64,000 nt of DNA from contig MU058241.1 of assembly GCA_013265495.1 (NCBI GenBank), positions 1,491,249 through 1,555,248 of the forward strand, in the 5' to 3' direction. Position 1 is the first letter of the stretch. Each line of letters begins with the position of its first letter. Position numbers and translations under genes: made by a program. Shown here one piece after another: positions 48,905 to 62,529 of the stretch. The notes under the pieces were generated by a model. That model did no database searches. It was not told where the DNA came from and saw only the letters and a program-made list of their open reading frames with translations. This stretch comes from Vicugna vicugna (Eukaryota).

Positions 48905-51344
48905 ACCAGCTGTCACTTCAGACAGCCACCACATTCACAATTTGGAACATATTCAAAACCCACTTGACTTTCAAGTCTATCATAGCATATTGATTTCATG
49001 CCTGAATCCTTATTAAGAGTAAATAAAGGCTGTGTAAAGTAATGATTAACGTAAATCTGAAAGAAGGAAGAAAAAAAAAAAAAACACCTAACCAGGTCTT
49101 AAGATCTTTGTCGCTGTGTTGTTGTGCAGGACAATGTGAGACCTTTATCAGGTGCTCAGTGCAGTCGATTTGGATAAAGTAGCAGCGTCCACCTTGATAG
49201 AAAACCGAGGAGGAGGGGAAAATGGGATGCTTGGAGGGCCGACAGTTAGGAGTTTGAAAAGAGAGACTGTCTCATTTGCAGACAGAGAAAAAAGTTCCAG
49301 TGAAAGGCAGTGGCATTTTGAGTAAACTAAGAAAGATGGAGGAGGCAGCTGATTGGGATCCACTTGGCACTGAAATGAGTTAGACTGATATCCATACTGC
49401 TTACATCAAGCCCTTCATCATAGCTGGTAAGCCCAGGCAAGGCTGCGTGGATGAGACTCCAGACAGCTTCAGGGCACTGAAGGTGCATGTTTCCAGGGGT
49501 TCCGCCCACCCGTTTGCAAGGTGGCATGCTCTTCCTCCTTGCCTCTTCCCACGTGGCACCCACCCCGTTCCCTGGGAATGGCAAAGCACCGCTCTAATGA
49601 ACACGCCCTCCATTCTTGGTCGTGGCCCTTGTCTACACGTTCTATCTCTTGTCTTCCTCTGTTTCCTCATCATCTTGCTCATGTCTCTCCCTCCGGGGTT
49701 ACACAGACCAGAGCCTGAGGCACAAGACAAGTGCCTTTAAGTGCAATTCCCCTGCCCCTCCAGCCAGCACCCCTAAGATCTTCTTCGCAGCAATGGGGAG
49801 ACAGGTAGAGCATTGCTCTCCAGGGGGCAAGGTGGGTCCCAGTTCCTTGTCAGAAGCCAGAAATGCTGTTAAAACCTCAGAGCCCCAAAGACTGGCAAAT
49901 TCCATCAGGGAGAAGCCTCACTGCCCCGAGGTCAGCAGAGCACTCATCGCAGTGCTTACGTCTCACCTCACCCTGTCGCCACCCTCGTTCAAACAGGACC
50001 CTGAGGGGAGGCAGGAAGGGGCTGGAGACCAGAGGAAAAGTCAGAGTCCAGGGCAGGGAAACACAGCTTTGGGGTGTTTAGGGACAGGCCTTAAGGCACA
50101 GACGCTGGGTGGAGAAATGAAGGGGAATGAAAGAAAAGAGAAATTCCGCCTGTGTCACGACCTTGACATTCTTTACAGATCACCAAACTGTCTCTCTCTC
50201 CAAGGTCACGCGGTCACTTAATTTTCACGAACTAAAGTTTTGAATCCGCTAAACTATTTCTTTAAATTTGACGCAAATGACTCAAGCATTTCCAACCACT
50301 ACTTCTGTTCAAAGCGGCAAATAATTCTCTTCATACAAAATCAGATTTCTTGAAAAAGAAAGCCAGGTTCGGATGAAACAGTTCTAACTCACTGTATGCC
50401 CTTTTCTTCTTTTAGAATTACGGTTATTTAATTTAAAACGAGATTAGTGCAACATCAAAATAAATGTCGTCAATAAACGTTATCATCACAAAACGGGAAC
50501 TTTAGCAAAATTGCCTGTGAGATCTACAGCTTGGCTTAAAAAAAGTAGCAGAGCTTATGTTGTTTCTTTCTGGATGTTTTGTGCAAAAGCCTTTTATCTG
50601 CCCTAAATGATGCAGCTTCGGCTTATTGTCGCTGTGTTTGCGACAGATTTCGTCTCCTGGATTTCTTAAAATTCAAGAGGATTAAACTACATTTATAATT
50701 GTACCTATAAACATAGTCGTTGAAAGCTGTTTTCTCCCCTGGCGGATAAAAGGCATGACGTGGAGGGTATTCTCTGCATAAATTCGCCCTTTCTCCTATT
50801 TTCCTACTGAGATCAACTCTTTGCATCAAGCCTGTCTTAACTTCCCCCTTTTGGTCGACATCCTGATTTTACCTGCGTCCTCAGCCACGCATACTGAAAT
50901 GACAGCTGTGTTTAATACTGAGACTTAACATGTCAAAATAGCTTCACTCCAAAGAGATGACATTTCTGTGTATTGACTGTGGACAGTCAATTCTGGGTGT
51001 CATTTATTATTAATTGCTAGCAGTCCTGGGAGTGCTTATAAATGCTCAAGATGTTTTTACTGCGGCATCTGATGGCTCAGACATAGCCAGGAACTGTGTA
51101 CCACTGCAAAGACCTAGACCCTACCCTCTCAGGTTTTCTGACTCCATGAAAAGCACCACAGCCATGTATTCAGCCAGGAAGGGTCCAACAACTTCAGAGT
51201 TCATGTCAGGAGTTTTGATAACCTCCCAGGAAAAGGTATTTCCAAATAGGATTCCTAGTGGGTGGTAATCTCCAGGACCAGCCAGAGATTTTGGAATGCC
51301 AATTTATACCCCACAAATTTTATGTAGAGAAATCCCTACCTTAA

Positions 51345-51860
51345 ACTTATCATCAGCAGAAAGCATTATCGAGTATCGCCTTCTTTCATAATATTCTGCA
51401 AAGATTCTCTTAGCCACAATAAGCCAGGTCACACGACAGTGTCTAACCACTCTGCAATCTCACTGGTGTAAAACAAAGGTTTCTTCTTGCTGACACTCCG
51501 TCCCCAGTGTGGTTGGCAGAAAGAGTCTGCTCATCCTTAGTCCTCACAGGCCTGACTGAGGAGGTGTTACCATCTTACGATGCCGCATCTCAACATGAAG
51601 CATCAGGCGTTGCAGTGGCAGACAAGCAGAGAGGCAAGGAACGGTGAGTACTTCAGCCCAGAAGCAATGCCCGTCACTTTCCGTGTGTTTCATCACGAAA
51701 AGTCCGAGGGAGTCACCTGAGCAAGTGTGCCTTCAGAGGCATGGACTTTTCCTTCCATGTTCCCAGAAGAAGAGGAGAAGCAGAGGTAGGGGTATTTATG
51801 ACGCACACCAGCCAGGGCAAGCAACAGCAAGCACGCCTGGACCACGACGGCGAGCAAAAC
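51345..51860 (-). mobile_element. Old MaLR LTR (MLT1J/K-like)
   Basis: 'tggtgtaaaacaaaggtttcttcttgctgacac...tctgctcatccttagtcctcacaggcctgactgagg...cagaagcaatgcccgtcactt'. Confidence 0.55.
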
Positions 51861-52654
51861 GCAACTGCCCTGAAGCCCCCTAGTCCGCTTTTTTAAAAAG
51901 ACCATTCATGTATTTCTTGGTATTAACTCAGCTTATTTATAGAGAGACACGATGAGCTGTACAAAATGACCATGGCTGAATGCTGACCATGTTCTACAGT
52001 TCCCTCCCCAAATAATATTTAGGGGATGATGGAGATGAGTCTAAACCAGACTTCACTGATTAAATGACTCTGATCTGTACCGCGTGCTGGGACGGCCGCA
52101 GTGCGCCAACAGCAACTTTACAAGGGAGCCGCCAGGAGAAAGTTGAGAACGATCATCTCCGTTCTCCATCTCCTTCTTGGGGCACAGTGCGTTTCTTTAT
52201 TATATTTGTTTTAAGAAAAGCACATTGTATGACCCCAGGAAAGTGAGAGGAGAGAGAGAAGCAAAGTCCAGAAGCACGTTGCTATCTGATGCTCCTGTAA
52301 TCTCTGGTCTTTATTTCTGCTCTCCTCTCCTATCCCTCCCCCACCCCACTTCACCTCTTGGAGAGCGCATACCATCTGCTTTGTTTCGAGCAGAAACCTC
52401 TATCCTAACGGGATGTTTTTTCCTGCCCAGTTATGAGGACACTGGCTGTCACGGTGGCTGAATCAACTACGCTTCTGGGATACAGACGCGGGTAAGATCC
52501 CTCCAGGGAAAGACGAAGCGCGACTGGACCCAGATTACAGGACCTGTTTCCAAAGAATAAAATGTGTCTTGACCGTCACGTAATTCTCTTTCAAAAGTAC
52601 AGCACTAAACATTTCCAAAGTTTTCCAAATTATAATAACAATTGCGTTGTTTGT

Positions 52655-52824
52655 TTGTTTTAAAAATAGATTTATTTACTTTATCTTTATTTCACTTATT
52701 TTTTGAAGGGGGGAGGTAATTAGGTTTATTTATTTACTTACTTTTTAACGGAGGTACTGGGGATTGAACCCAGAACCTCATGCAAGCTAAGCGTGCACTC
52801 TGCCACTGAGCTACACCCTCCCCC
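52655..52824 (-). mobile_element. tRNA-Ala-derived camelid SINE
   Basis: Reverse tail 'gggaggtaattaggtttatt' and head; TSD cgttgttt. Confidence 0.9.
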
Positions 52825-53865
52825 ACGTTGTTTATTTTTAACACCGTCTAATCCTAGCATTGTTACAGAAACCAAAAAACAAATAAACAAACAAACAAAA
52901 CCAAAAGAAAAAAGTAGCAAAAGATGTTAGGCAAGGTTCAGTTTTACTCTACTGTCGATGTCAGTATTTTGAGATGAAGACGTTCACATTCAAAACAGTC
53001 ATTTTTGCAGAGATCGTGACATTGTGACCAGACAATGTAAATCAGATCGTCCAGTTCATCCTCCAGGTATTCATAGATCTTTAGTCTAAAAGGCCAACAT
53101 CTTCTGGTGTGGTTTTTGATGCTGAGGGTCCAAGGTGGTGTTCAGGGTTGATATATTACAATTTCACAGTTTGTAGCACAAACCCCCAAAGACGCATAAA
53201 TTCACAGGCTTGTTACATAGGTTTTTCACATAGGTAAGGGCATATGGCTAGGGTTACCAAGTAATGCTTTTGGAGATAATTAAAGAGAAACAAAAATATA
53301 ATAAGCGGATGGAAAAAGGAAGCCACTATATTCACTTTAGTTGTCAGGAATGACAGATGGGAATGTGGACAGTTACTACTTCCATCTTCCCGCCTCTGCC
53401 TTCCTGAGCCTGTAGACTAATGTCCATACTTGGCACACGGGTGGATTTAAATGTTGATTTTTAATTTATTAATACAGAGCATCATTTTACTTACGAAGTA
53501 ATAAGAGGAGTCAAAACTCCTTGGATGTCGTTCCTAGTCGCAAACATAAAGGACACAGCTAACTCAAAAGGGTTAATGGTATGCCACTCATAAACTTGGC
53601 ATGTTTTCCAACACCTTTTAGGTAATGAATCGCTCGGTAGTGACTGGGTCTCCATCACGTTTACATGAACAGACCAATGTCCCCTAATGACTCAGTCCAG
53701 TGGACATTTCTAAAATCACGTGCATTCCTGTCTTATGGTTCCTGTCATCTCTTGTTTTCCAAAAGCCGAAGCCATGCATATACTCAGGCAAGGAGAGAAA
53801 TACTTAGAACAAACACTTTTTACTGTAGCCTTTCTGAGAAAATATTGTTTCAAAGACTGGGGAAC

Positions 53866-54457
53866 TTTTTTTTTCAGTATTTTTTTTTATTGAGTTATAG
53901 TCATTTTACAATGTTGTGTCAAATTCCAGTGTAGAGCACAATTTTTCAGTTATACATGAACATACATATATTCATTGTCACATTTTTTTTCGCTGTGAAC
54001 TACCACAAGATCTTGTATATATTTCCCTGTGCTATACAGTATAATCTTGTTTATCTATTCTGCATATGCCTGTCAGTATCTACAAATTTCAGACTCCCAC
54101 TCTGTCCCTTCCCACCCCTGCCCCCTTGGCGACCACAAGTTTGTATTCTATGTCTATGAGTTTGTTTCTGTTTTTTATTTATGTTCCTTTTTCTTTTTTT
54201 TTTTTAGATTCCACATATGAGTGATCTCATATGGTATTTTTCTTTCTCTTTCTGGCTTGCTTCACTTAGAATGACATTCTCCAGGAGCATCCATGTTGCT
54301 GCAAATGGCGTTATGTTGTCGGTTTTTATGGCTGAATAGTATTCCATTGTATAAATATACCACCTCTTCTTTATCCAGTCATCTGTTGATGGACATTTAG
54401 GCTGTTTCCATGTCTTGGCTATTGTAAATAGGGCTGCTATGAACATTGGGGTGCAGG
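53866..54457 (-). mobile_element. Relatively young L1 (ORF2 C-terminus plus 3' UTR)
   Basis: Uninterrupted ORF2p C-terminal frame 'CTPMFIAALFTIAKTWKQPKCPSTDDWIKK...RSLICGI*' ending at 54204; T-tract at 53866-53890. Confidence 0.95.
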
Positions 54458-54482
54458 AAATTGAAAGTTTCTTCAGTGGGGC

Positions 54483-55340
54483 AAATACTAAAAGTAGAGC
54501 TACCGTACGACCCAAGAATCATGCTCCTGGGCATATATTCAGAAGGAATCCTACTTCAAAAAGACACCTGCGCCCCAATGTTCATAGCAGCACTATTTAC
54601 AATAGCCAAGACATGGAAACAACATAAATGTCCATTGACAGATGACTGGATAAAGAAGCTGCTGTATATTTATACAATGGAATACTACTCAGACATAAAA
54701 AAGAATAAAATAATGCCATATGCAGCAACATGGATGGACCTAAAGATTATCATTCTAAGTGACATAAGCCAGAAAGAAAAAGAAAAATATCGTATGATAT
54801 TACTCATATGTAGAATCTAAAAAAAAAGAAAAAGGAAAAAAAGGACACTATGAACTCATGTACAAAATAGAAACAGACTCCCAGACACAGTAAACAATCT
54901 TATGGTTACAGGGGAAAAGGGGTGGGGAGGGATAAATTTGGGAGTTTCAGATTTGCAAATGTTAGACATTATATATAAAAACAGATTTTCAAAAATGAAC
55001 AAATTTCTTCTGTATAGCACAGGGAACTGTATTCAATATTTCATAATGACCTTTGGTGAAAGGGTGTAGCTCAAGTGGTAGAGCACACGCTTAGCACGCA
55101 CAAGATTCTGGGTTCAATCCGCAGCACCCTCTCCAAAGATAAATAAATAAAAAAAACTAATTAACTACCCCCCTAAAATAATAAAAGTAAATAAATAAAA
55201 ATTTAAAAGACAAACAAAAACCCCTTTAATGAAAAAGAATATGAAAACTAATATCTGTATGTATATGCATAACTGGGACACTATGCTGTACACTAGAAAT
55301 TGACACATTATAACTGACTGCACTTGAATTAAAAAAATAA
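54483..55340 (+). mobile_element. L1 (ORF2 C-terminus plus 3' UTR) interrupted by a SINE
   Basis: ORF 'LKVELPYDPRIMLLGIYS...DTCAPMFIAALFTIAKTWKQHKCP...' to 54820; the 3' UTR resumes after the SINE at about 55222. Confidence 0.94.
55055..55220 (+). mobile_element. tRNA-Ala-derived camelid SINE nested in L1 3' UTR
   Basis: tRNA head plus tail; flanking ccttt duplication. Confidence 0.88.
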
Positions 55341-57605
55341 AATTGATCCTTCCTGGAAGGGTCTCTGAACGGCATTGTTAGCGAGCATATTCTTGCTGGA
55401 TAATCACAGATGTCTGGTGAGTTTCTCACACATGTTCACTCCCTACTTATGCCTTGTGGGGTCTGAAGAGCTGTCTACCTTACATGAACAGCAAGTGTGC
55501 ATAAATCATGGCAAATGATACATCTCAAAGTGTGTGTGGGGGTGTCTTGGTCTTCTTTTGTTTCTGTAATTCATATTCTTCTTTATCAGTGTTCATACTC
55601 ATTTTCCCAGATGGATCACTGCCTAGTTAAAATAAATATTTGTTATTGCTATTTGTTATTAAACGTCCAAGGTGCAATTGGGTTTGATTTCTTCTTCATT
55701 TTTGGGGAAGGCAAGGCAAAGACTGAATTTTAATCTCAGTAATACATCTTCCAGTGAGTTACATCTGTATGGGAACATGAATCTTAGACTTAAGTAGCTT
55801 ATCATGATGAATAGCACATCAGTCAACACTCACTACCCTCTGTATTCCGTTTTCATGGCGTATTTAAAAAATGGGATTTAATTGCAAATGCCTGGAATTA
55901 CAATACAGGTAGTTTTCTATCAATGCCCTTTACTGATTAATATTGAATTTTAATATTAATATTTTTTCTAGTTTCAGCAATTAGAATTATTAGCATGAGT
56001 TGAAATCTTAAATTCCATGAATGATACACATTCTTATAACTGTTAATTAAATGTCATTTTTCAATGTAAGAAACACGTACCGTAATCCTGTTGTTAAAAT
56101 GTATAATCATGTTATCATTTTCAAATCTAGAAAGCAACTATAAAAGGGCAAAAAAAAAAGAAAAAGAATGAATAAATAAATATATTTATTTATCCAGATT
56201 TCATTTTTATCCTAAGGTCCCAAGCAGCTAGGCACCACATGGTTGGGTACTGTTACAATTCAGTCAACGTTATGCATTCTTTGGGTCCTAGGAGGATTAA
56301 AAAAAATCAATAAATAAGACAGGGGGCCCACCTTAAAAGCTTAAGATCTTACAGTATAAATGCAAAACAGATTTGCAAAAAGTCAAAAAGCAGAGCAGGT
56401 TCCAAGGAGCGAGAATTCTGTTAGCACACGCGAGAGAAATACCAGCAGACAGGAACAGCCAAGAAATGAATGCCTTCAAGTACAGCTGGAATTTGAATAG
56501 ATGAAGAAGGACAGAGGGACAATCTGAGTAATGGGAACACATGTGTCTTTACACAGGAAACCCAAACACTCCGAAGTTCTCATTATGTCAGTTGCACCCA
56601 AAGATCCGGTTTAAACTTGAGAACCAAAATCATGCAAAGGGAGGTAAGAGAAAGTCCTGCCTCCAATCCGTTTACTTAATAACAGCCATTTAGTTTTGCC
56701 GTTAAGCTATGCAATGCTTATAAATCACTGGCAAAGAAACCGTGCATAACACAGAATCTTCTGACATAAAACTGGAACATTTCACTATAAAGTTTAATAA
56801 AAAGACATTCATTAATTCCCATAGAATGTTTTACCCTTTGCCGCATTATTTCATGTCTTGGAATTCTGAAAAAAAAAATTCCTGGAAAATTCATGTTCTG
56901 AATTTTTAATAATAGCAGAAGTCGGGTAGCAAGCAGAGAACATGACCTCTTTGTTTTCAAGAGCCGCCACAAAAGGGAAAGGTTCTCTTGCATCCTTGAG
57001 AAATTAACCCAAAGTTCACACCAGCAGGTAAACGTATCCCATTCTGTTTGTAGCATTTTACATCCCTGCATAGACGGATGCCACATGTCCATGTCTGAAT
57101 CCTGCAGTGGCTAGGATGCCCTGCAATTTGGAGAAACGCAGGAAGGGGTTTGGCTGTGGTGGCCTGACACACGGAATACTCGTGTTTCATCCCATTGGCC
57201 TTAGAGGTGATTTATTTCATGGCCTTTTGAGAGATTTCTATGCTCAGAGATGCTAATGCTTCCTGCCTTTTGGTCTCTTTCTTGACGTCTGCCTAACGAG
57301 GGTTGGGTTGCCCATCTGTGCACGTCTCTGCCATTTTGCAGTAGAGGGTCACCTTCCTGAGATCTCCCGCAAGTTTGCATCACCTGCTGCCCTAACACAG
57401 CTTCTTCCTTGGGTGTGTATTCCTGGAGAGGAGGGGAGAGGGACTGCGACTGAAAATGATACCTCTGCCCGGAGAAGAGGGAAGTCAAAGGTGTCCAGTA
57501 GAAACAGCAATGGAAGAAAGACACACTGTAGAACAAATAAATACCTCCAGCTCCATTCTATATACATCGCGTCCATATTCTCAATAAAAGAATGTGCTGG
57601 GGGGT

Positions 57606-57735
57606 GGGGAGAGTACAGCTCAAGTGGTAGGGCGCGTGCTTAGCATGCATGAGGTCCTGGGGTCAATCCCCAGCCCCTCCTCTAAGAATAAACAAATAAA
57701 CCTAAATATGGGCCCCACCGAAAAAAAAAAAAGAG
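57606..57735 (+). mobile_element. tRNA-Ala-derived camelid SINE
   Basis: 'ggggagagtacagctcaagtggtagggcgcgtgcttagcatgcatgaggtcctggggtcaatccccag' plus A tail. Confidence 0.9.
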
Positions 57736-58653
57736 AGAGAGAGAGTGTGTTAGGAAGGAACTAACATGGAACTAAAAGACCTTTCTGTCCACAGCACCTA
57801 AGGACTCCCGTTTTCACGACCGTTCCTGAGACCACATTCATGGGAACATTTTCCAGGACCAGCAGTTTATTTACCGTATCGGAAGCCAATGAGTCCTGCC
57901 CGATGACTTTAAAAAAATGGGACATTAACCTTTTAGCAAGAGACTGAATTAGAAGACATTTTTGCTCACAATCTGGGACAGAAAGTACAAACACAAAAAT
58001 GCACATGCACCTCTTATGTATTAGAAGTGGGTTCAATAAAATAATTCTTGGGTATCAGGAGAACCTCCTAACTAAATGTGTTCTTTCTTTTTTATTTTTT
58101 TTTTCCCTTTCCCTAGGAAGAAATATCTTCACTTGTAACTGTTTCCTTGAGCCTTGTAACTGAAGGTTTTGAAAACTTCACAACTGTAAACCTTTCCCTG
58201 CATCACTGATACCACGTTGACATTTACAGGGAATAAAAGTCTTAACACTTTAAGTCAGAAAACCAGCACTTGCAGACATGTCATAGGAAGGTTCTGCAAA
58301 TGTGCATGCAGCTTCATTTCAGCTGGTGCTGAAGACTCTACCCAACTACACACGATGTAAGTAAGAGAAACTGCCTGCAAAAAATAATGTCACCACACTG
58401 TGCCTGGCTGGGCGTTTCTGCCCTGAGACTAACACTTTATGTCTTGGCTTATAAAGCGTTTTATTTAACAAAAACATGCACACATCCGATTTCCCCCAAC
58501 ATGCTCTTCATGGAGTTTTTGCTGGGCAGTAAGGATGGCTGGAGGAGAGGTCTTTTGTCCACGTGCTGTATTCATAAGAATGACATCCATATTTTGGCTT
58601 TACACAGTTCTTCACTGCTTCTGTAATGCACCTCTTTGGCCCTCCATTTGTTC

Positions 58654-58861
58654 TTTTTTTTTTTTTTAACTAGATTTTGTTATTTATTTAGGTCTTTTTT
58701 TAAAAGCTTTTTTCGGCTTTGTTTTTTGGTTTTTTGGGGGGCGAGGTGGAGGTAATTAGGATTATTTATTTATTTATTCCTTAGCAGAGGTCCTGGGGAT
58801 TGAACCCAGGCCCTTGTGCATGCTAAGCACACCCTCTACCACCGAGCTATACCCTCCCCCC
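58654..58861 (-). mobile_element. tRNA-Ala-derived camelid SINE with long tail
   Basis: Reverse head and tail; TSD tgttcttt. Confidence 0.9.
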
Positions 58862-59938
58862 GCCTGTTCTTTATCTTTACTTTCACTGGAACAAAACTGG
58901 ATCTCTCTGTATCTCTAAGGCCCCACAGAATTGCCCTTTTGGAAGCAAATTTCTAGACTTACTACCAAGATTCAATAAACGGTCACTATCATTATTAAGA
59001 AATGCATTTGCTTGCTGAACATACCGGTTTCATGTCCTCAGAGAGAATGAGCTATCAAACAAGCTTTATAGTCTATAACTAAAAAAGAATCATGTATGAA
59101 GGACAGCTACCTTTGAAACTCACATTTTACTCAACATCCACCTTCACCGTTGAAGGGCAATGGATCAGTGGTTACAGAGCAAAGTATGGCCAGAATTCTT
59201 CCCCCCAAACGTGCTCAAGAGACCTAAGCTTATAACATTTTCCTGCTATCACCACAACGTTTACAGCATTTCATTTTGGACAATATTTACTGTGGATGTT
59301 TCTGAAGGCGTTGTGTCCAAGTCACTCTCTCTCTGACTCCTAGACACAGACACGGCAAACTGCTTCATCCACAGCCCAGCAGTCTCCCCTGAAAATGTCA
59401 CCTCAGCTTTCTGAGTTTTCCGTGACTTACTACGATCACCAGCCTTTGAGAACGGAGCGTGGTGATAAGGAAGAGGAGGAAGATTACAGCTGTGTTCTAC
59501 CGTCTGCGCTGGATGGGCAGGAAAGAGCCGCACGCTCTCAAGTTCTCAGATACTTTTGCTAGGGCATTGCTGCATAATTATCTCCATTCAGCTTCCAATA
59601 TTTCCTTCCTTTGTCTGGGAACTGGTCTCTCTCCCATTTATTCTTTGAAGTTGAGAATAATTAAAAAGCCATTAGAGTCCTCTCTTCGCGATGACACTAC
59701 ATAAATTAAATCTTGGTGGCGCTGAGAAGCTACAACGTGACCTAGCCCTTCCAAAGTGTCACTTAATCTACAATTCAAATTTCACTTGCGTGAGCAGGTC
59801 TCCTTCAAGTGTTGTTAATTTGAAACTCAAGGATTTGGATGTAAATAATGAAAACGTATTACTTATCATTAATGTGACAGCTTATAGATTATCTCCAGTC
59901 TGGGGAAGTATGTTACTGGGGAAAGAATAGTATTTTCT

Positions 59939-60075
59939 GGGGGGAGGGCGTAGCTCAGTGGCAGAGTGTATGCTTAGCATCCACAAGGTCGTGGGTTCAA
60001 TCCCCAGGGCCTCCGTTTAAATAAATATGTAAATAAATAAAGCTAATTACCTGCCTGCCAACCACTCCAAAAAAC
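59939..60075 (+). mobile_element. tRNA-Ala-derived camelid SINE
   Basis: TSD aatagtattttc/aacagtgttttc. Confidence 0.9.
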
Positions 60076-60419
60076 AACAGTGTTTTCCAAAGGACCTTCC
60101 AGGGTAGTGGGAGCTTTACGGACACTTAAGAAGCTGAGCAGGCTATTTTCTTGCATTATTTGGTGGGAAGTAGGTTCTCAATTGTTACAATTTCTGTCAA
60201 TGCTTATCTAGACAAAGGGGATATTTTTTTCATTAGTTTTCAAGTAGAAAGCATTGAGGTCTGAATGAAACGACTTCAGGGTGATTACAGCAGCAGGCGA
60301 CAAAGACGTTCGAGAGAGTCTAAGAGAGCATCCTCATAAACACGTATTCAGTCGCTCCCTCCTCTCGGTTACTACGCTGAGTCGCAGGTAGTCCGGGGTT
60401 CCACAGAGATCCTCTCTGT

Positions 60420-61100
60420 CTGACTGAATCACACGTGGGGCCTCACAGACACAACACCCTCATGAAGAGAGCTGCAACATAAAGGGTGTGGGGGCAGCGG
60501 CAAGCCCAGGATGGCGTGGGGACCTGTGAGCAGTCAGGTAACAGCCCAGGAGACAGGAAGAGCAAAGTCTCCCCGAAGGCGAGGGTGAGGCTGTGAGGAC
60601 GAGGAGGCGTTAGCCGAGAAAAGAAGGCCAGGGGGGTGTCCTTTCCAGGAAGGGCAGCAAAGTGAAAGAGGTCAGACGTGGGCAACTGTGTAGCGACCCA
60701 CTCATGAAGGAAGGTTCCCCCAGGACTCGGATGCCTCGTTGCAGGGTTGGGAGCTGCATCTCACAGGAAATGAGGAATGCCTCCTCCTGGGTTCTAAACA
60801 GAGGGATGACAAGGCTGATGTGTTACAAAGACCCTCCTGGCTCCTGCACAGACAGACGGCAGCCGAAGAGCAGAGAGAAAACTCTTGTGGTAATGGACAT
60901 ACCTCAGCTAAGACTGTGGCAATGACGAGAGCAAAGGGGACGCTCAAGAGATGTTGACCATGGATTCCATCAACTGTGGTGGCTGATGGGACTGAGATGA
61001 CGATTCTGGCGTCTCCACTCGGGCGACCTGGTCGGGGTGGGTTTGGGGGAGGCGATGTTCTTAACCAAATAGGAAATGAAGAGTGAAAGGTGGGGAGAGT
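60420..61100 (-). mobile_element. L2 fragment
   Basis: 'gaggaggcgttagccgag...tttccaggaagggcagcaaagtgaaagagg...gggttctaaacagagggatgacaaggctg...aagaccctcctggct' is a typical antisense L2 pattern. Confidence 0.65.
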
Positions 61101-61529
61101 TAATTTTATATACAAAAGGATCTAGTAATGAGTCCATGGAAGAAGTTCTAAGGAAACAGCAGGTTAGCTTATTAAAGCCACATTGCAATATCAGATAAAA
61201 TGTTCAGGATATTAAAAATATATGTGTCATAAGTCATTAATTGTTGATAAGGACATCATATCATAAGCTATTTTAAAAATACTCTTTCTTATTTATATTA
61301 CGAATTAGCTGCAGCTTACTTAACCATCTATAAACTGTACAATTCAAATGATTAACAATAATTGGGGGCAGAATCTGTATTTAATAGTAAGGTAAAAAGG
61401 AAATTTAGAGAAAGGTTTGAAGATATGTATTATAAGGGAAAAAAACAGTGTCAAAGTTGCATGCAAATACGCAACTCAGTGTGGTTTACACAGTTTGTTT
61501 GGACTGTCGGCCAAATGAGTAGGCAGTCA

Positions 61530-61695
61530 GTAGACTGAATGAAGGGGCCCCATGAAAAATGAAAATGTGAGGACCCCTTGTTCACAGTTATCAAGAATTT
61601 CAAGACAGTGGCAGAAGAACATTAAACTCAAGCACAGGGTCCTGACATATGGGTCTTTCTAAGCAGACGCCACACACCCATGAACCCAGTCCTGG
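61530..61695 (-). mobile_element. MER45A hAT-Tip100 DNA transposon
   Basis: 'ggggccccatgaaaaatgaaaatgtgaggaccccttgttca...aagaatttcaagacagtggcagaagaacattaaactcaagc...cacccatgaacccagtcctg'. Confidence 0.8.
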
Positions 61696-62529
61696 GCCCT
61701 CTAAGGGAAATGAACTTGAAGCATCTCCCCCCCGGGCTGCAGTCCATCCTTGGACCCCCTCGATGAGACGGGGACTACGACAGAATCACAGAGACACAAA
61801 CAAGCAGTCCTCACGGACAGCCCTCTTGCAGGCAAGAGCAGAGGGTGACGTGGAAGATGGAGGCTGGTGGACCTGTCTCTGAAGAATGTCTACACTGGGA
61901 AAAAAAAAAAGAGAAAATGATCATATCTGTTTAAGATTAGAATGATATCATAAGGTAAGAGGGACTTAGAAATTCACTTGGCACGAAAGAAGGCCTGGTA
62001 GGCAGAGTCTCGCATAAAATACAAAGGAGCAGAACTCGGGAATCAAAAGCAAACTCAAAGAATTAAGAAGAGTGCAGAGTTGGTGGATCTTGAGTGGGAA
62101 ATGCACCTTCCACATTAGGTTCTGCACATCGTAGGGAATTCACCTAGAGGCGACAGAAGTTGGGGGCGGGCAACAAAAATCTATGACAAAATTTGTGTTC
62201 CCATGTACTACTTCCCATTTGTCATGACCTTTCCAACATTCTGTCTTCCAGAAAAAGTGAGAAACACAGGAACTTCATTCAAAACTTAAAAAAACAAGGA
62301 GAGAGGCAAAATTTCCCCAAATAACATGTGGCTAAGATACTGGAAACTGATAGAGTCACATAATGCAGTCATGGCCCAGCAAAAGTAGCCAACTACCTGC
62401 TAATAATTATGATGTTGGGTTTTAGAGAGAAGCTCTTCAAAACCAAAACACACTGCAATTCAAAGAAAACAAATGCAAAGTAAGTCAAGAGGAAGCTCCT
62501 TGGTGTTGAACTTCATTCTTAACATTCTT

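Noticed and set aside
49616..50221. 201-aa ORF
   Set aside because: Non-ATG start, low complexity and no recognisable homology.
54204..54820. Two divergent ORFs with a real protein motif
   Set aside because: Both are L1 ORF2p C-terminal remnants of truncated elements, not host genes.
56172..56193. Perfect 22-bp palindrome ataaataaatatatttatttat
   Set aside because: Low-complexity AT sequence; expected from abutting (TAAA)n and (TTTA)n.
58117..58356. Plus-strand strong acceptor with downstream gtaagt donor
   Set aside because: Stops in all frames; the acceptor derives from a T-rich low-complexity tract.
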